Source: an uncultured Bacilli bacterium
Lineage (GTDB): Bacteria > Bacillota_I > Bacilli_A > RF39 > UBA660
NCBI GenBank assembly: GCA_944350335.1
Contig: CALVOQ010000001.1
Coordinates: 1 to 45,163, forward strand
Direction of reading: 5' to 3'
Length of the DNA stretch: 45,163 nt
Translations under genes and position numbers: made by a program
Shown: positions 25,773 through 34,701 of the stretch, in pieces
Layout: each line of letters starts with the position of its first letter
How positions within the stretch are numbered: position 1 is the first letter of the stretch
The notes under the pieces: model-generated
What the model was told of the DNA's origin: nothing
Database searches by the model: none
What the model saw: the letters and a program-made list of their open reading frames with translations, nothing else

Positions 25773-26468
25773 ATGCTAGTTTATGGGAAAAATGTCGCAA
25801 GGGAAGTCTTACTCAAAAATCAAAATATAAAAAAAATTTATCTTAAAGAAGATTTTAATAATGAGGAAATACTTGAATTAATAAAGAGAAATAATAACAA
25901 GGTAATATATAAGACAACCGAGGATTTAAACAAATTAATAAATGAAACTAATCAAGGAATAGTTATAGATATTGAAGATTATCATTATAAATATTTCGAG
26001 GATTTAAAAGAGGACGACAATGCCGAGTTCGTGGTGATTTTAGACCATATTGAGGATCCTAGAAACTTTGGGGCGATTGTAAGAACTTGTGAATGTGCGG
26101 GTGTTGATTATATTATAATACCTAATAAAAGAAGTGTGGAAGTAACTGCGGCAGTTTTTAAATCTTCGAGTGGGGCAGTTGTACATCAAAAAATATGCAA
26201 AGTGGCAAATTTACATAATACAATTGAAAAATTAAAGAAAAATGGATTTTGGATAATTGGAACAGATGCAAATGGAGAAAAATACACTAGTATAAATTAT
26301 GGTGGAAAAACGGCAGTAATAATTGGAAGTGAGGGCAAAGGTTTACAACCATTGTTGAGAAAATCATGCGATCAAATTGCGTCAATACCATTAAAAGGGA
26401 AAATAAATAGTTTAAATGCCTCAGTTGCTGCCGGAATTATTATATATGAAATAGCAAAAACAAAATAA
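25773..26468 (+). CDS. rlmB: 23S rRNA 2'-O-methyltransferase, SpoU/TrmH family (RlmB/YacO-like)
   Basis: LDHIEDPRNFGAIVRTCECAG, IGSEGKGL and IPLKGKINSLNASVAAGIIIYE. Sits upstream of sigH as in Bacillus. Confidence 0.85.
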   Translation: MLVYGKNVAREVLLKNQNIKKIYLKEDFNNEEILELIKRNNNKVIYKTTEDLNKLINETNQGIVIDIEDYHYKYFEDLKEDDNAEFVVILDHIEDPRNFGAIVRTCECAGVDYIIIPNKRSVEVTAAVFKSSSGAVVHQKICKVANLHNTIEKLKKNGFWIIGTDANGEKYTSINYGGKTAVIIGSEGKGLQPLLRKSCDQIASIPLKGKINSLNASVAAGIIIYEIAKTK

Positions 26469-26481
26469 TGGGAGGGTAAAG

Positions 26482-27099
26482 GTGGAATATGATTTCAAAA
26501 AAATAAATGATTATGAAATGTTATTTTTAGTAAATGAAAAGAATGAAAAAGCAGAAGAAATTTTGATAAGTAAGTATAGTAACTTAATAAACAAATATAT
26601 AGAAGAATATAAGAATATTGCATTACAAAATGGTTTAGAAGAATGTGATTTATATCAAGAGGGATTGATGGGACTTGCAGGAGCCATTAAAACTTTTGAC
26701 CAAAGCAAAGAGGCGTCATTTTATACATATGCAAATATTTGTGTGAAAACAAAAATACAAACTGCTATTCGAAATTCATCAAGTAAAAAAAACATTGCAT
26801 TAAATCAATCTGTTTCATTAGACAATTTTATGAGTTCAGAGACAAACTCATTTTATGATATCATATGTGATAGTAAGGATGATTTGAGTGACAAGTTGTT
26901 AAAAGAAGAAGAACAACAAAGAATATTCAGAGAAATAAATCAGCATTTGACTGAATTTGAAAGTCAAGTTTTAAAACTAAAAGCAAATGCATATAGCAAT
27001 GATGAGATGTCTAAACTATTACAAAAAGATAAAAGAAGTATTGAAAATGCAATAAACAGAATTAGAAATAAATATAAAAGTATTAAAAACCAAGAATAA
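26482..27099 (+). CDS. sigH: Sigma-70 family factor, SigH-like
   Basis: GTG start after GGAGGG. Region 2 DLYQEGLMGLAGAIKTFD ... SFYTYANICVKTKIQTAIRNSS ... LNQSVSLD resembles B. subtilis SigH. Conserved position before secE-nusG. Confidence 0.8.
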   Translation: MEYDFKKINDYEMLFLVNEKNEKAEEILISKYSNLINKYIEEYKNIALQNGLEECDLYQEGLMGLAGAIKTFDQSKEASFYTYANICVKTKIQTAIRNSSSKKNIALNQSVSLDNFMSSETNSFYDIICDSKDDLSDKLLKEEEQQRIFREINQHLTEFESQVLKLKANAYSNDEMSKLLQKDKRSIENAINRIRNKYKSIKNQE

Positions 27100-27103
27100 A
27101 CGC

Positions 27104-27132
27104 TTGAACTTATAAATAAAATATGATATTAT
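27104..27132 (+). promoter_or_regulatory. Promoter candidate for secE-nusG
   Basis: TTGAAC (27104-27109), 17-nt spacer, TGaTATTAT (27124-27132). Confidence 0.45.
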
Positions 27133-27169
27133 TTATTTGCACGCAGGTGTTTTTTTTATGGGAGGTAAA

Positions 27170-27349
27170 ATGAAAAAAGTTAAAGCATTTTTTATAGGTG
27201 TAAAAAAAGAAGCCAAAAAAACAAAGTGGTTAACGATGAAAGAAACAATAGCCTATTCATCAGTAGTGGTAGTTATGATGATATTTTTCGCAGTATTTTT
27301 TTATGGACTTGATATAATATTTGCGTTTTTGAAAGGATTGATTAACTAA
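27170..27349 (+). CDS. secE: Preprotein translocase subunit SecE
   Basis: GGAGG 4 nt upstream of ATG27170. 59 aa, basic N-terminus and a single TM (IAYSSVVVVMMIFFAVFFYGLDIIF). TAATG overlap with nusG. Confidence 0.8.
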   Translation: MKKVKAFFIGVKKEAKKTKWLTMKETIAYSSVVVVMMIFFAVFFYGLDIIFAFLKGLIN

Positions 27350-27888
27350 TGGATGAACAAAAATTATGGTATGTAGTAAATACGTATTCTGGACACGAAA
27401 GTAAAGTTAGAGACAATCTACTTATGAGAGCGCAGTCAATGGGAATGGAAAATAATATTTTTAGAGTAATTGTTCCTGAGCAAAAAGAAGTAGAAATTAA
27501 AGATGGCGTAAAAAAAGAAAAAATAAAAAAGATGTTTCCTGGGTATGTATTGGTTGAGATGATAATGAGTGATGAAGCATGGTATGCGGTGAGAAACACA
27601 CCGGGTGTAACAGGATTTATTGGATCAAGTGGTAAAGGTGCAAAGCCAATTCCATTATCACCACAAGAAATAGACAAAATACTAATTAACGAAGGTATGA
27701 GCAGAGTAGATATTGAAGCGGATTTAAAAGAAGGTGATAATGTTACAATAATAGATGGTCCATTTAAGGGAATGTATGGAAAGATAGAAAACATAGATTT
27801 AGAAAATAACAAACTTACAGTATTAATAGATTTATTTGGACAAGAAACACCAGTTGAAGTGGAATTACTACAAATAAGCAAAAATTAA
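27349..27888 (+). CDS. nusG: Transcription termination/antitermination factor NusG
   Basis: KLWYVVNTYSGHE (NGN domain), FPGYVLVEM, and KOW GDNVTIIDGPFKGMYGKI. Confidence 0.95.
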   Translation: MDEQKLWYVVNTYSGHESKVRDNLLMRAQSMGMENNIFRVIVPEQKEVEIKDGVKKEKIKKMFPGYVLVEMIMSDEAWYAVRNTPGVTGFIGSSGKGAKPIPLSPQEIDKILINEGMSRVDIEADLKEGDNVTIIDGPFKGMYGKIENIDLENNKLTVLIDLFGQETPVEVELLQISKN

Positions 27889-28027
27889 TTGTAAAATTAA
27901 AAAAAATGTGTTAATATTAGAAACGAGTTATATATTTTAATATATTAACTAAAAAAGTGGGAGATTTTTTGGATTATCATTAAAACCACTCGCGAAAAAA
28001 TAAACTGAAAAATAGGAGGTGTTTTTC

Positions 28028-28630
28028 GTGGCAAAAAAAGTTGAAAAAATAATTAAACTACAATTACCTGCAGGAAAAGCAACACCGGCTCCACCAGTTG
28101 GAACTATGCTAGGGCCTGTTGGAATAAACTTAAATGAATTTTGTACTAGATACAATGATGCTACAAAAGATAAAATGGGAAGCATAGTACCAGTAGAAAT
28201 CAGTGTATACGAAGACAGAACATTTGATTTTGTTTTAAAAACTCCACCAACTGCAAGTTTATTACTTGAAGTGGCTGGAATTCAAAAGGGTAGTGTAAAG
28301 GGCGCTAATGATATTGTGGCGACAATATCAAAAGAGGATTTAAGAAAGGTAGCAGAAATCAAGTTGCCTGATTTAAATACAAAAGATATTGAAGCTGCTA
28401 TGAATATAGTTGCTGGAACGGCGAGAAATATGGGAATTGCTGTAAAAGGTTTAAATGACATAGAATTAGCTGAACAAGCAGAGGAAGCAAAAGAAGCTGA
28501 AGCTGAAATGGCAAAATTAGATGCTGAACTTGAGGAAATGGAAGCACAAGCAAAAGCAATGGCCGATGCTGAGATGCCAGAAGTAGAATCAACAGAACAA
28601 AAAGACGAAAATGAAGTAAGCGAGGAATAA
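28028..28630 (+). CDS. rplK: 50S ribosomal protein L11 with a 59-aa acidic C-terminal extension
   Basis: GTG28028 lies 10 nt after GGAGG. AKKVEKIIKLQLPAGKATPAPPVG...VPVEISVYEDRTFDFVLKTPP...TARNMGIAVKG is collinear with the 141-aa Bacillus L11. The frame then continues for 59 more codons (28451-28627). Confidence 0.9.
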   Translation: MAKKVEKIIKLQLPAGKATPAPPVGTMLGPVGINLNEFCTRYNDATKDKMGSIVPVEISVYEDRTFDFVLKTPPTASLLLEVAGIQKGSVKGANDIVATISKEDLRKVAEIKLPDLNTKDIEAAMNIVAGTARNMGIAVKGLNDIELAEQAEEAKEAEAEMAKLDAELEEMEAQAKAMADAEMPEVESTEQKDENEVSEE

Positions 28631-28665
28631 GAAATCCAAAATATACCACATAAAGGAGGGAAAGT

Positions 28666-29361
28666 ATGAAAAAACATGGACGTATTTATGTGGAAGCTAA
28701 AGAAAGTATAGATAAAAGCAAAGAATATACTGTAACTGAAGCGATAAAATTACTTAAATCATTATCAAAAAGAAAATTTGATGAAACTGTAGAAGTAGCA
28801 GTTAACCTAAATATAGATACAACAAAAGGTGACCAACAGGTTAGAAATTCATTTGTATTACCAAATGGAACTGGTAAAACTAAAAAGATACTAGTTGTAA
28901 CAAAAACGGCTCAAGAAGAAGCGAAAAATGCTGGAGCGGATTATGTTGGAGATGTTGATATGCTAGAGAAAATTGAAAAAGAAAATTGGTTTGATTTTGA
29001 TATTATCATAGCAACCCCAGATATGATGGCTAGTTTAGGTAAATTAGGTAAAGTATTAGGACCAAAAGGTTTAATGCCAAATCCTAAAACAGGAACTGTT
29101 ACAACAAATGTAAAAGAAGCTATAGAAAACGTTAAAAAAGGAATGATTGAATTTAAAGCAGATGCATATGGCAATGTACATTCAATCATCGGTAAAGTGT
29201 CTTTTACAGAACAAGCACTTGAAGAAAACTTGATTGCATTTATTCGCAATTTAATTAAAATAAAACCAAGTGGTGTTAAAGGAATATTTATTAAAAACAT
29301 AAGTATATCAAGTACTATGGGGCCAGGAATAAAAATTGATAAAAATTCTTTTGACAACTAA
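28666..29361 (+). CDS. rplA: 50S ribosomal protein L1
   Basis: AAGGAGGG upstream. FDETVEVAVNLNID, LGPKGLMPNPKTGTVT and IKPSGVKG are typical L1 blocks. Confidence 0.95.
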   Translation: MKKHGRIYVEAKESIDKSKEYTVTEAIKLLKSLSKRKFDETVEVAVNLNIDTTKGDQQVRNSFVLPNGTGKTKKILVVTKTAQEEAKNAGADYVGDVDMLEKIEKENWFDFDIIIATPDMMASLGKLGKVLGPKGLMPNPKTGTVTTNVKEAIENVKKGMIEFKADAYGNVHSIIGKVSFTEQALEENLIAFIRNLIKIKPSGVKGIFIKNISISSTMGPGIKIDKNSFDN

Positions 29362-29383
29362 TTAAAAATATATTACAATATTT

Positions 29384-29472
29384 GGGAAGAACCGAAGACA
29401 GTAGGTTAAAAAGTAAACCCTACCGAGGAACTTATCTTTTATAGAAAGCTCACTCGCATTAGGGTGAGCTTT
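29384..29472 (+). promoter_or_regulatory. Ribosomal protein L10 leader-like element with attenuator hairpin
   Basis: The 132-nt rplA-rplJ spacer contains GAAGACAGUAGG...CCCUACCGAGG helix arms. A 9-bp hairpin AAAGCUCAC/GUGAGCUUU (29445-29472) sits just before the rplJ SD. Position and shape match the Firmicute L10(L12)4-binding leader as I remember it. Confidence 0.5.
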
Positions 29473-29493
29473 ATAAATATATAAGGAGGAAAA

Positions 29494-29994
29494 ATGGCAA
29501 GCGAGAAAAGTTTGAATGCTAAAAAAGAAGTAGTTAATGAAATATTAGATAAACTTAATAATTCTAACACATTCTTGCTTTTAGAAAACCAAGGCTTATC
29601 AGTAGCTGATTTCACGAAGTTAAGAGATGATCTAAAGGCAAATGGAAGCAACATTAAAGTTTATAAAAACACATTAATGGATTTAGCTTTAAAGGAAAAA
29701 AACATTGAACTTAATGATTTTATGACTGGTCCAAATGTTTATGTATTCTCAAAAGATATCATTGAACCAATAAAAGCGGTAAGCGAATTTGCTAAAGAAA
29801 ATGATAACTTAAAAATCAAAGCTGGCTATATAGATGGAAATGTAGTTGGAATGGATGTTATAAAAGAATATGCAAGCATACCAAGTTATGAAGGATTACT
29901 TACAATGTTTGCTGGTGGTCTTATAGAACACGTTAAAAATTTAAGTATAGCATTGAATTTATATGCTGAAAAATTAGAAGGAGGAGAAAAATAA
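29494..29994 (+). CDS. rplJ: 50S ribosomal protein L10
   Basis: AAGGAGG upstream. 166 aa. KKEVVNEILDKL...QGLSVADFTKLRDDLK...VYKNTL. Position before rplL. Confidence 0.9.
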   Translation: MASEKSLNAKKEVVNEILDKLNNSNTFLLLENQGLSVADFTKLRDDLKANGSNIKVYKNTLMDLALKEKNIELNDFMTGPNVYVFSKDIIEPIKAVSEFAKENDNLKIKAGYIDGNVVGMDVIKEYASIPSYEGLLTMFAGGLIEHVKNLSIALNLYAEKLEGGEK

Positions 29995-30362
29995 TGGCAA
30001 AATTATCAAGTAGAGAAATATTAGATGCAGTAAAAGAAATGACAGTTTTAGAAGTTAAAGAACTAGTAGATTTAATGAAAGAAGAATTGGGAGTTGACCC
30101 AAGTGCAGTTGCAGTAGCAGCGGCACCAGTTCAAGCAACAGTAGAAGAAGATGGAGGAAATAAAACAGTAGTATTAAAAGATGCTGGAGCAGCTAAATTA
30201 CAAGTTATAAAAGTAATTAGAGAAATTACTGGTCTTGGACTTAAAGAAGCAAAAGACATTGCTGATGCTGGAGGTAATGTAAAAGAAAACGTACCTGCTG
30301 ATGAAGCAAATGACATTAAGGCTAAATTAGAAGAAGCTGGCGCAACAGTAGAATTAGCTTAA
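29994..30362 (+). CDS. rplL: 50S ribosomal protein L7/L12
   Basis: TAATG overlap with rplJ. Ala-rich hinge AVAVAAAP. KVIREITGLGLKEAKDIAD and KAKLEEAGATVEL. Confidence 0.95.
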   Translation: MAKLSSREILDAVKEMTVLEVKELVDLMKEELGVDPSAVAVAAAPVQATVEEDGGNKTVVLKDAGAAKLQVIKVIREITGLGLKEAKDIADAGGNVKENVPADEANDIKAKLEEAGATVELA

Positions 30363-30371
30363 ATAGGAACG

Positions 30372-30394
30372 GCCTATAAAGTATAGGCTTTTTT
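30372..30394 (+). terminator. Rho-independent terminator after rplL
   Basis: GCCTATA / TATAGGC stem, 3-nt loop, then TTTTTT. Confidence 0.75.
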
Positions 30395-30416
30395 GCGTTT
30401 TTTAAAAGGTGATTAA

Positions 30417-31016
30417 ATGGAACACTACTTTACTAATAACAACAATTTAAAAAGCAATTTAAGAAGTATTGAATATAAAGTACATAATACTTCTTTTGTC
30501 TTTTATACTGACAATGGTGTGTTTTCGAAATCCAGTGTAGATTGCGGAACGGATTTATTAGTACAATCATATTTAGAAAATGGCAGAAAAATTGGGAAAG
30601 TTTTGGATGTAGGATGTGGATACGGAGTAATTGGAATAGTTATTAACAAAATAAATAGGCAAGAAGTGGATCAAATAGATGTAAATAAAAGGGCAATACA
30701 TTTAACAGAAATGAACAACAAAATCAACAAAACAAATAACGAAATATTTGTTAGTAGTATTTATGAAAATGTTGTAGACAAATATGATGTGATAATAACT
30801 AATCCGCCGATAAGAGCTGGAAAAAAAGTATATATGGCAATACTAAATGAAGCCGAGAAGCATTTAACACAAAATGGAGAGCTTTGGTTTGTAGTGCGAA
30901 AAGATCAAGGTGCCAAAACAATAGAGAAAGAATTACAAAAAAAATATAAAATAGATTTAATAAAACGACAAAGAGGATATCATATTTATAAAGTGGATTT
31001 TGCGTTGACAAATTGA
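30417..31016 (+). CDS. Class I SAM-dependent methyltransferase (RsmC/YbxB-like)
   Basis: Motif I VLDVGCGYGVIG and motif IV ITNPPIRAGK. Same position as ybxB between rplL and rpoB in Bacillus. Confidence 0.8.
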   Translation: MEHYFTNNNNLKSNLRSIEYKVHNTSFVFYTDNGVFSKSSVDCGTDLLVQSYLENGRKIGKVLDVGCGYGVIGIVINKINRQEVDQIDVNKRAIHLTEMNNKINKTNNEIFVSSIYENVVDKYDVIITNPPIRAGKKVYMAILNEAEKHLTQNGELWFVVRKDQGAKTIEKELQKKYKIDLIKRQRGYHIYKVDFALTN

Positions 31017-31104
31017 AAAATGTTTGCTAACATTATAAATTGGCAACACATAATTTTTTATAAAATTACATGTTCTTTTAAAACTATAGAATTGGGGTGA
31101 AAAT

Positions 31105-34100
31105 GTGGCTTACAAAGTAGAAAAATTTGGAGACCATAGAGAAAGAAGAAATTTCTCAAAGCTAAAAAATAGACTAGAATTATCTAACTTATTAGAGATA
31201 CAAAAAGACTCATATAAAAGATTTCTAGAGGAAGGAATAAAAGAGGTATTTGAAGATATTTTCCCAGTTGAAAGTTTCTCAGGAAGTTTATCACTTGAAC
31301 TTGGAGAGTATTCATTTGATAAACCGAGATATACTGTTAAAGAAAGTAAGGAAAGAAGAGTAACTTATGCTGCACCACTAAAAGTGCAAGCAAGACTTTT
31401 TATAAATGAGACAGGAGAAGTTAAAGAACAAGAAGTTTATTTAGGAGATATGCCATTAATGACTGAAAATGGTAGTTTTATCATTAATGGAGTTGAAAGA
31501 GTTATTAACAGTCAACTAGTACGTTCACCTAGTATCTATTTCAAAAATGAAATAGATAAAAACGGAAGACATATAATAACAAGTGAAGTTATTCCTAGCA
31601 AAGGTACATGGCTTGAGTATGAATTAGATGCTCGAGGGGTTTTATATGTAAGAATAGATAGAACTAGAAAAGTTACAATTACTACATTCTTAAGAGCACT
31701 AGGATTAAGTAGTGAAGAAGATATATATAAAGTATTTGGGAAAGATGAATATCTAGAAAATACTATTGCAAAAGATAGTACTAAAAATACAGACGAGGCA
31801 TTAATAGAAATATATGAAAAACTAAGACCAGGAGAACCTGCGACACTTGATTCAGCTAAAAACCAATTAATAGTAAGATTTTTTGATAACTTTAGATATG
31901 ACTTAGCAAAAGTTGGACGTTACAAGTTTAATAGAAAATTAAATGTAACAGATAGATTATTAAACAACAAAATTGCACAGGATATAAAAGATGAAAAAGG
32001 TAATGTAATTGTAAGCAAAGGAACAATAATTACAAAAGAGATATTAGAAACCATTAAACCAATATTTGCAAATGGATATGGTTTAAAAGAAGTAAAAATA
32101 AACGAAGAACTTGATAGTTATAATAAAATTCAAGAAGTTTTAGTTTATGCAAATGATGATTCTAAGAAAATCATAAAAGTAATAGGAAATGACCAAAGTA
32201 TAGATGTTAAGAGACTTACTATAAGCGATATATATGCATCAATTTCATATTACATGAATTTACATTACGGAGTAGGTAATATTGATGAGATAGACCACTT
32301 AGGAAATAGACGTGTAAGACAAAGTGGAGAATTAATACAAAACCAATTTAGAATAGGTATTGTTAGAATGGAAAGAGTTATTCGTGAAAGAATGACTACA
32401 CAAGAAATTGATTCGGTAACACCAAAAAGTTTAATAAACATAAGACCAGTTACAGCAGCATTGAAAGAATTTTTTGGTAGTAGCCAATTATCAAAATTTA
32501 TGGATCAAATAAATCCTATAGCAGAATTAAATGATAAAAGAAGATTAAGCGCTTTAGGACCAGGAGGTTTATCAAGAGATCGCGCTGGAATGGAAGTGCG
32601 CGACGTAAATCCAAGCCATTATGGTAGAATTTGTCCAATAGAAACACCAGAAGGACAAAACATTGGACTTATCACATCTTTAGCAGGCTATGCAAAAGTA
32701 AATGAATATGGCTTTATAATGACACCATATAGAAAAGTAAAAGACGGAAAGTTACAAAAAGACATTATATATATGACAGCTGATGAAGAAGAAGATTACT
32801 ATATTGCACCAGCTACAATTGAAGTTAATAGTAAAAATGAGATATCAGAAGAAAATGTACCTGTTAGGTTCAGGGGTGATAACTTAATTGTAAAAAAAGA
32901 ACAAGTTGATTTTACAGATGTAAGCCCATCACAAATTGTATCGGTAACAACAAGTATGATACCGTTTTTGGAACACAATGATGCAAACCGCGCTCTTATG
33001 GGTGCAAACATGCAACGTCAAGCAGTGCCGCTATTAAGACCAGAGGCACCAATAATTGGAACCGGTGTTGAAGCACAAGTTGCTAAAGACTCAGGTGCAG
33101 TTGTAGTTGCAAAAGAAGACGGTATAGTAGACTATGTAGATTCTAATAGAATTATAATAAAAAATTCAAAAGGTAAAACGGAGTATGAATTAATAAATTA
33201 CGAAAGAAGTAATGCTGAGACATGTTATAACCAAAGACCTATAGTTAAAAAGGGTGAAGAAATAAAAGCAGGAATGGTAATCGCAGATGGACCATCAACT
33301 GATATGGGTGAAATTGCATTAGGTAAAAACTTATTAGTAGCATTTATGACATTCAATGGTTATAACTATGAAGACGCTATAATATTAAACGAAAGAATAG
33401 TAAAAGATGATGTATTAACTTCAATACACATTGAAATGAAAGAAGTAGAAATTCGTGATACAAAATTAGGACCAGAAGAATTTACTAGAGACATTCCAAA
33501 TGTAAGTGAAGAAGCAAGAAAAAATCTTGATGAAAACGGAATTGTACGTATTGGAACAGAAGTAAAAGAAAATGATATTTTAGTAGGAAAAATTACACCA
33601 AAAGGTATGCAAGAATTATCAAGTGAAGAGAAACTATTACATGCTATATTTGGTGAAAAAACTAGAGAAGTTAGAGATACGTCACTAAGAGTTCCTCATG
33701 GAAGTGCTGGAATAGTACACGACATTCAAATATTTACAAAAGAAAATTCAGATGAATTACCAGCAGGAGTATTAAAAGTAATAAGAGTATATTTAATACA
33801 AAAGAGAAAAATGCAAGTTGGAGATAAAATGGCAGGAAGATATGGTAACAAAGGTGTTGTTTCACTTGTATTACCAGAAGAAGATATGCCATATTTACCA
33901 GATGGAAGAACTGTTGACATTATGCTAAACCCATTAGGAGTTCCTTCACGTATGAATTTAGGTCAAATCTTAGAGATTCATTTAGGTATGGCTGCTAAAA
34001 CATTAGGCGTTCATGTTGCAACTCCAGTATTTGACAGTGCAACTGAAGAAGATTTAAAAGCAATGACACAAGAAGCTGGTTTAGCGCCAGACTATAAAAC

Positions 34101-34701
34101 TGATTTATATGATGGAAGAACTGGTGAAAAATTTGATAAGAGAGTTGCTGTTGGTGTCATGTATATGATTAAACTTAACCACATGGTAGATGACAAACTA
34201 CATGCTAGAAGTACAGGACCATATAGTTTAGTAACTCAGCAACCATTAGGTGGAAAAGCACAATTTGGTGGACAAAGATTTGGAGAAATGGAAGTTTGGG
34301 CATTATATGCATATGGTGCAGCTCACATTTTACAAGAAGTATTAACAATTAAATCAGATGATGTACTAGGTAGAGTTAAAGTTTATGAACAATTAGTAAA
34401 AGGAAAAGTTGTTGATCAAGCAGGAGTTCCAGAATCATTTAGAGTATTAATAAAAGAATTCCAAGCACTTGGATTAGATATTTCAATTATAACTAAAGAT
34501 GGTTTAACTAAAGACTTAAGAGATTTAGAAAAAGAAGAAGATAAAGAAGACGTTCCTGTAACTATAGAAGAAATAGACATTACTAAACTAGAAGAACCAG
34601 TAGAAGAACCTACTATTGAAGAAGAAATTGAAGAAGAATTTGAAGAAAATAGTGGTTATGATGCTTTGGATGATTTAGAGTATGAGGGGAGTGAAGAATA
34701 A
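31105..34701 (+). CDS. rpoB: DNA-directed RNA polymerase subunit beta
   Basis: 1198 aa with a GTG start after GGGGTGA. Conserved blocks GSSQLSQFMDQ-type ([14 protein letters not shown]), [24 protein letters not shown] and [13 protein letters not shown]. Confidence 0.97.
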   Translation: MAYKVEKFGDHRERRNFSKLKNRLELSNLLEIQKDSYKRFLEEGIKEVFEDIFPVESFSGSLSLELGEYSFDKPRYTVKESKERRVTYAAPLKVQARLFINETGEVKEQEVYLGDMPLMTENGSFIINGVERVINSQLVRSPSIYFKNEIDKNGRHIITSEVIPSKGTWLEYELDARGVLYVRIDRTRKVTITTFLRALGLSSEEDIYKVFGKDEYLENTIAKDSTKNTDEALIEIYEKLRPGEPATLDSAKNQLIVRFFDNFRYDLAKVGRYKFNRKLNVTDRLLNNKIAQDIKDEKGNVIVSKGTIITKEILETIKPIFANGYGLKEVKINEELDSYNKIQEVLVYANDDSKKIIKVIGNDQSIDVKRLTISDIYASISYYMNLHYGVGNIDEIDHLGNRRVRQSGELIQNQFRIGIVRMERVIRERMTTQEIDSVTPKSLINIRPVTAALKEFFGSSQLSKFMDQINPIAELNDKRRLSALGPGGLSRDRAGMEVRDVNPSHYGRICPIETPEGQNIGLITSLAGYAKVNEYGFIMTPYRKVKDGKLQKDIIYMTADEEEDYYIAPATIEVNSKNEISEENVPVRFRGDNLIVKKEQVDFTDVSPSQIVSVTTSMIPFLEHNDANRALMGANMQRQAVPLLRPEAPIIGTGVEAQVAKDSGAVVVAKEDGIVDYVDSNRIIIKNSKGKTEYELINYERSNAETCYNQRPIVKKGEEIKAGMVIADGPSTDMGEIALGKNLLVAFMTFNGYNYEDAIILNERIVKDDVLTSIHIEMKEVEIRDTKLGPEEFTRDIPNVSEEARKNLDENGIVRIGTEVKENDILVGKITPKGMQELSSEEKLLHAIFGEKTREVRDTSLRVPHGSAGIVHDIQIFTKENSDELPAGVLKVIRVYLIQKRKMQVGDKMAGRYGNKGVVSLVLPEEDMPYLPDGRTVDIMLNPLGVPSRMNLGQILEIHLGMAAKTLGVHVATPVFDSATEEDLKAMTQEAGLAPDYKTDLYDGRTGEKFDKRVAVGVMYMIKLNHMVDDKLHARSTGPYSLVTQQPLGGKAQFGGQRFGEMEVWALYAYGAAHILQEVLTIKSDDVLGRVKVYEQLVKGKVVDQAGVPESFRVLIKEFQALGLDISIITKDGLTKDLRDLEKEEDKEDVPVTIEEIDITKLEEPVEEPTIEEEIEEEFEENSGYDALDDLEYEGSEE

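Noticed and set aside
27100-27169. rpmG (L33) is missing between sigH and secE, where Bacillus has it.
   Set aside because: The 70-nt spacer cannot encode it and holds a promoter-like element. Loss or relocation of rpmG paralogues is common and cannot be assessed from one window.
27342-27881. A 179-aa minus-strand ORF exactly antisense to nusG and the same length as it.
   Set aside because: The sense strand encodes an unmistakable NusG (NGN and KOW motifs) in conserved synteny. The antisense product is Ser/Ile/Leu-rich with no SD and no motif. Long antisense ORFs are expected opposite purine-rich, AT-biased coding sequence.
2839-28027. Longer N-terminal extensions offered by the ORF track: 2839, 4245, 8722, 14634, 15350, 21208, 22922, 23489, 27137 and 28019.
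   Set aside because: In each case a downstream start has a better-placed SD and/or begins a signal peptide or conserved N-terminus (2860, 4254, 8731, 14697, 15374, 21220, 22931, 23570, 27170, 28028). The extensions overlap upstream genes or add non-conserved residues. The starts remain unverified.
27918-28027. Possible L1-binding autoregulatory leader upstream of rplK (AGUGG ... CCACU stem around GGGAGAUUUUUUGG).
   Set aside because: Only a 5-bp stem can be drawn by eye. I cannot reproduce the 23S L1-stalk mimic from memory, so an Infernal/Rfam scan is needed before calling it.
28282-28677. Two overlapping minus-strand ORFs (131 and 83 aa) opposite the L11 extension and the rplA start.
   Set aside because: The GAA/GCA-rich low-complexity DNA of the extension leaves several frames open. 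There is no SD or promoter, and they overlap conserved ribosomal genes.
34540-34701. Acidic C-terminal tail of RpoB (…[27 protein letters not shown]). It ends in SEE, like the L11 extension.
   Set aside because: Acidic C-terminal tails on RpoB are common in Bacillota, B. subtilis included. The shared SEE ending is most likely coincidence.
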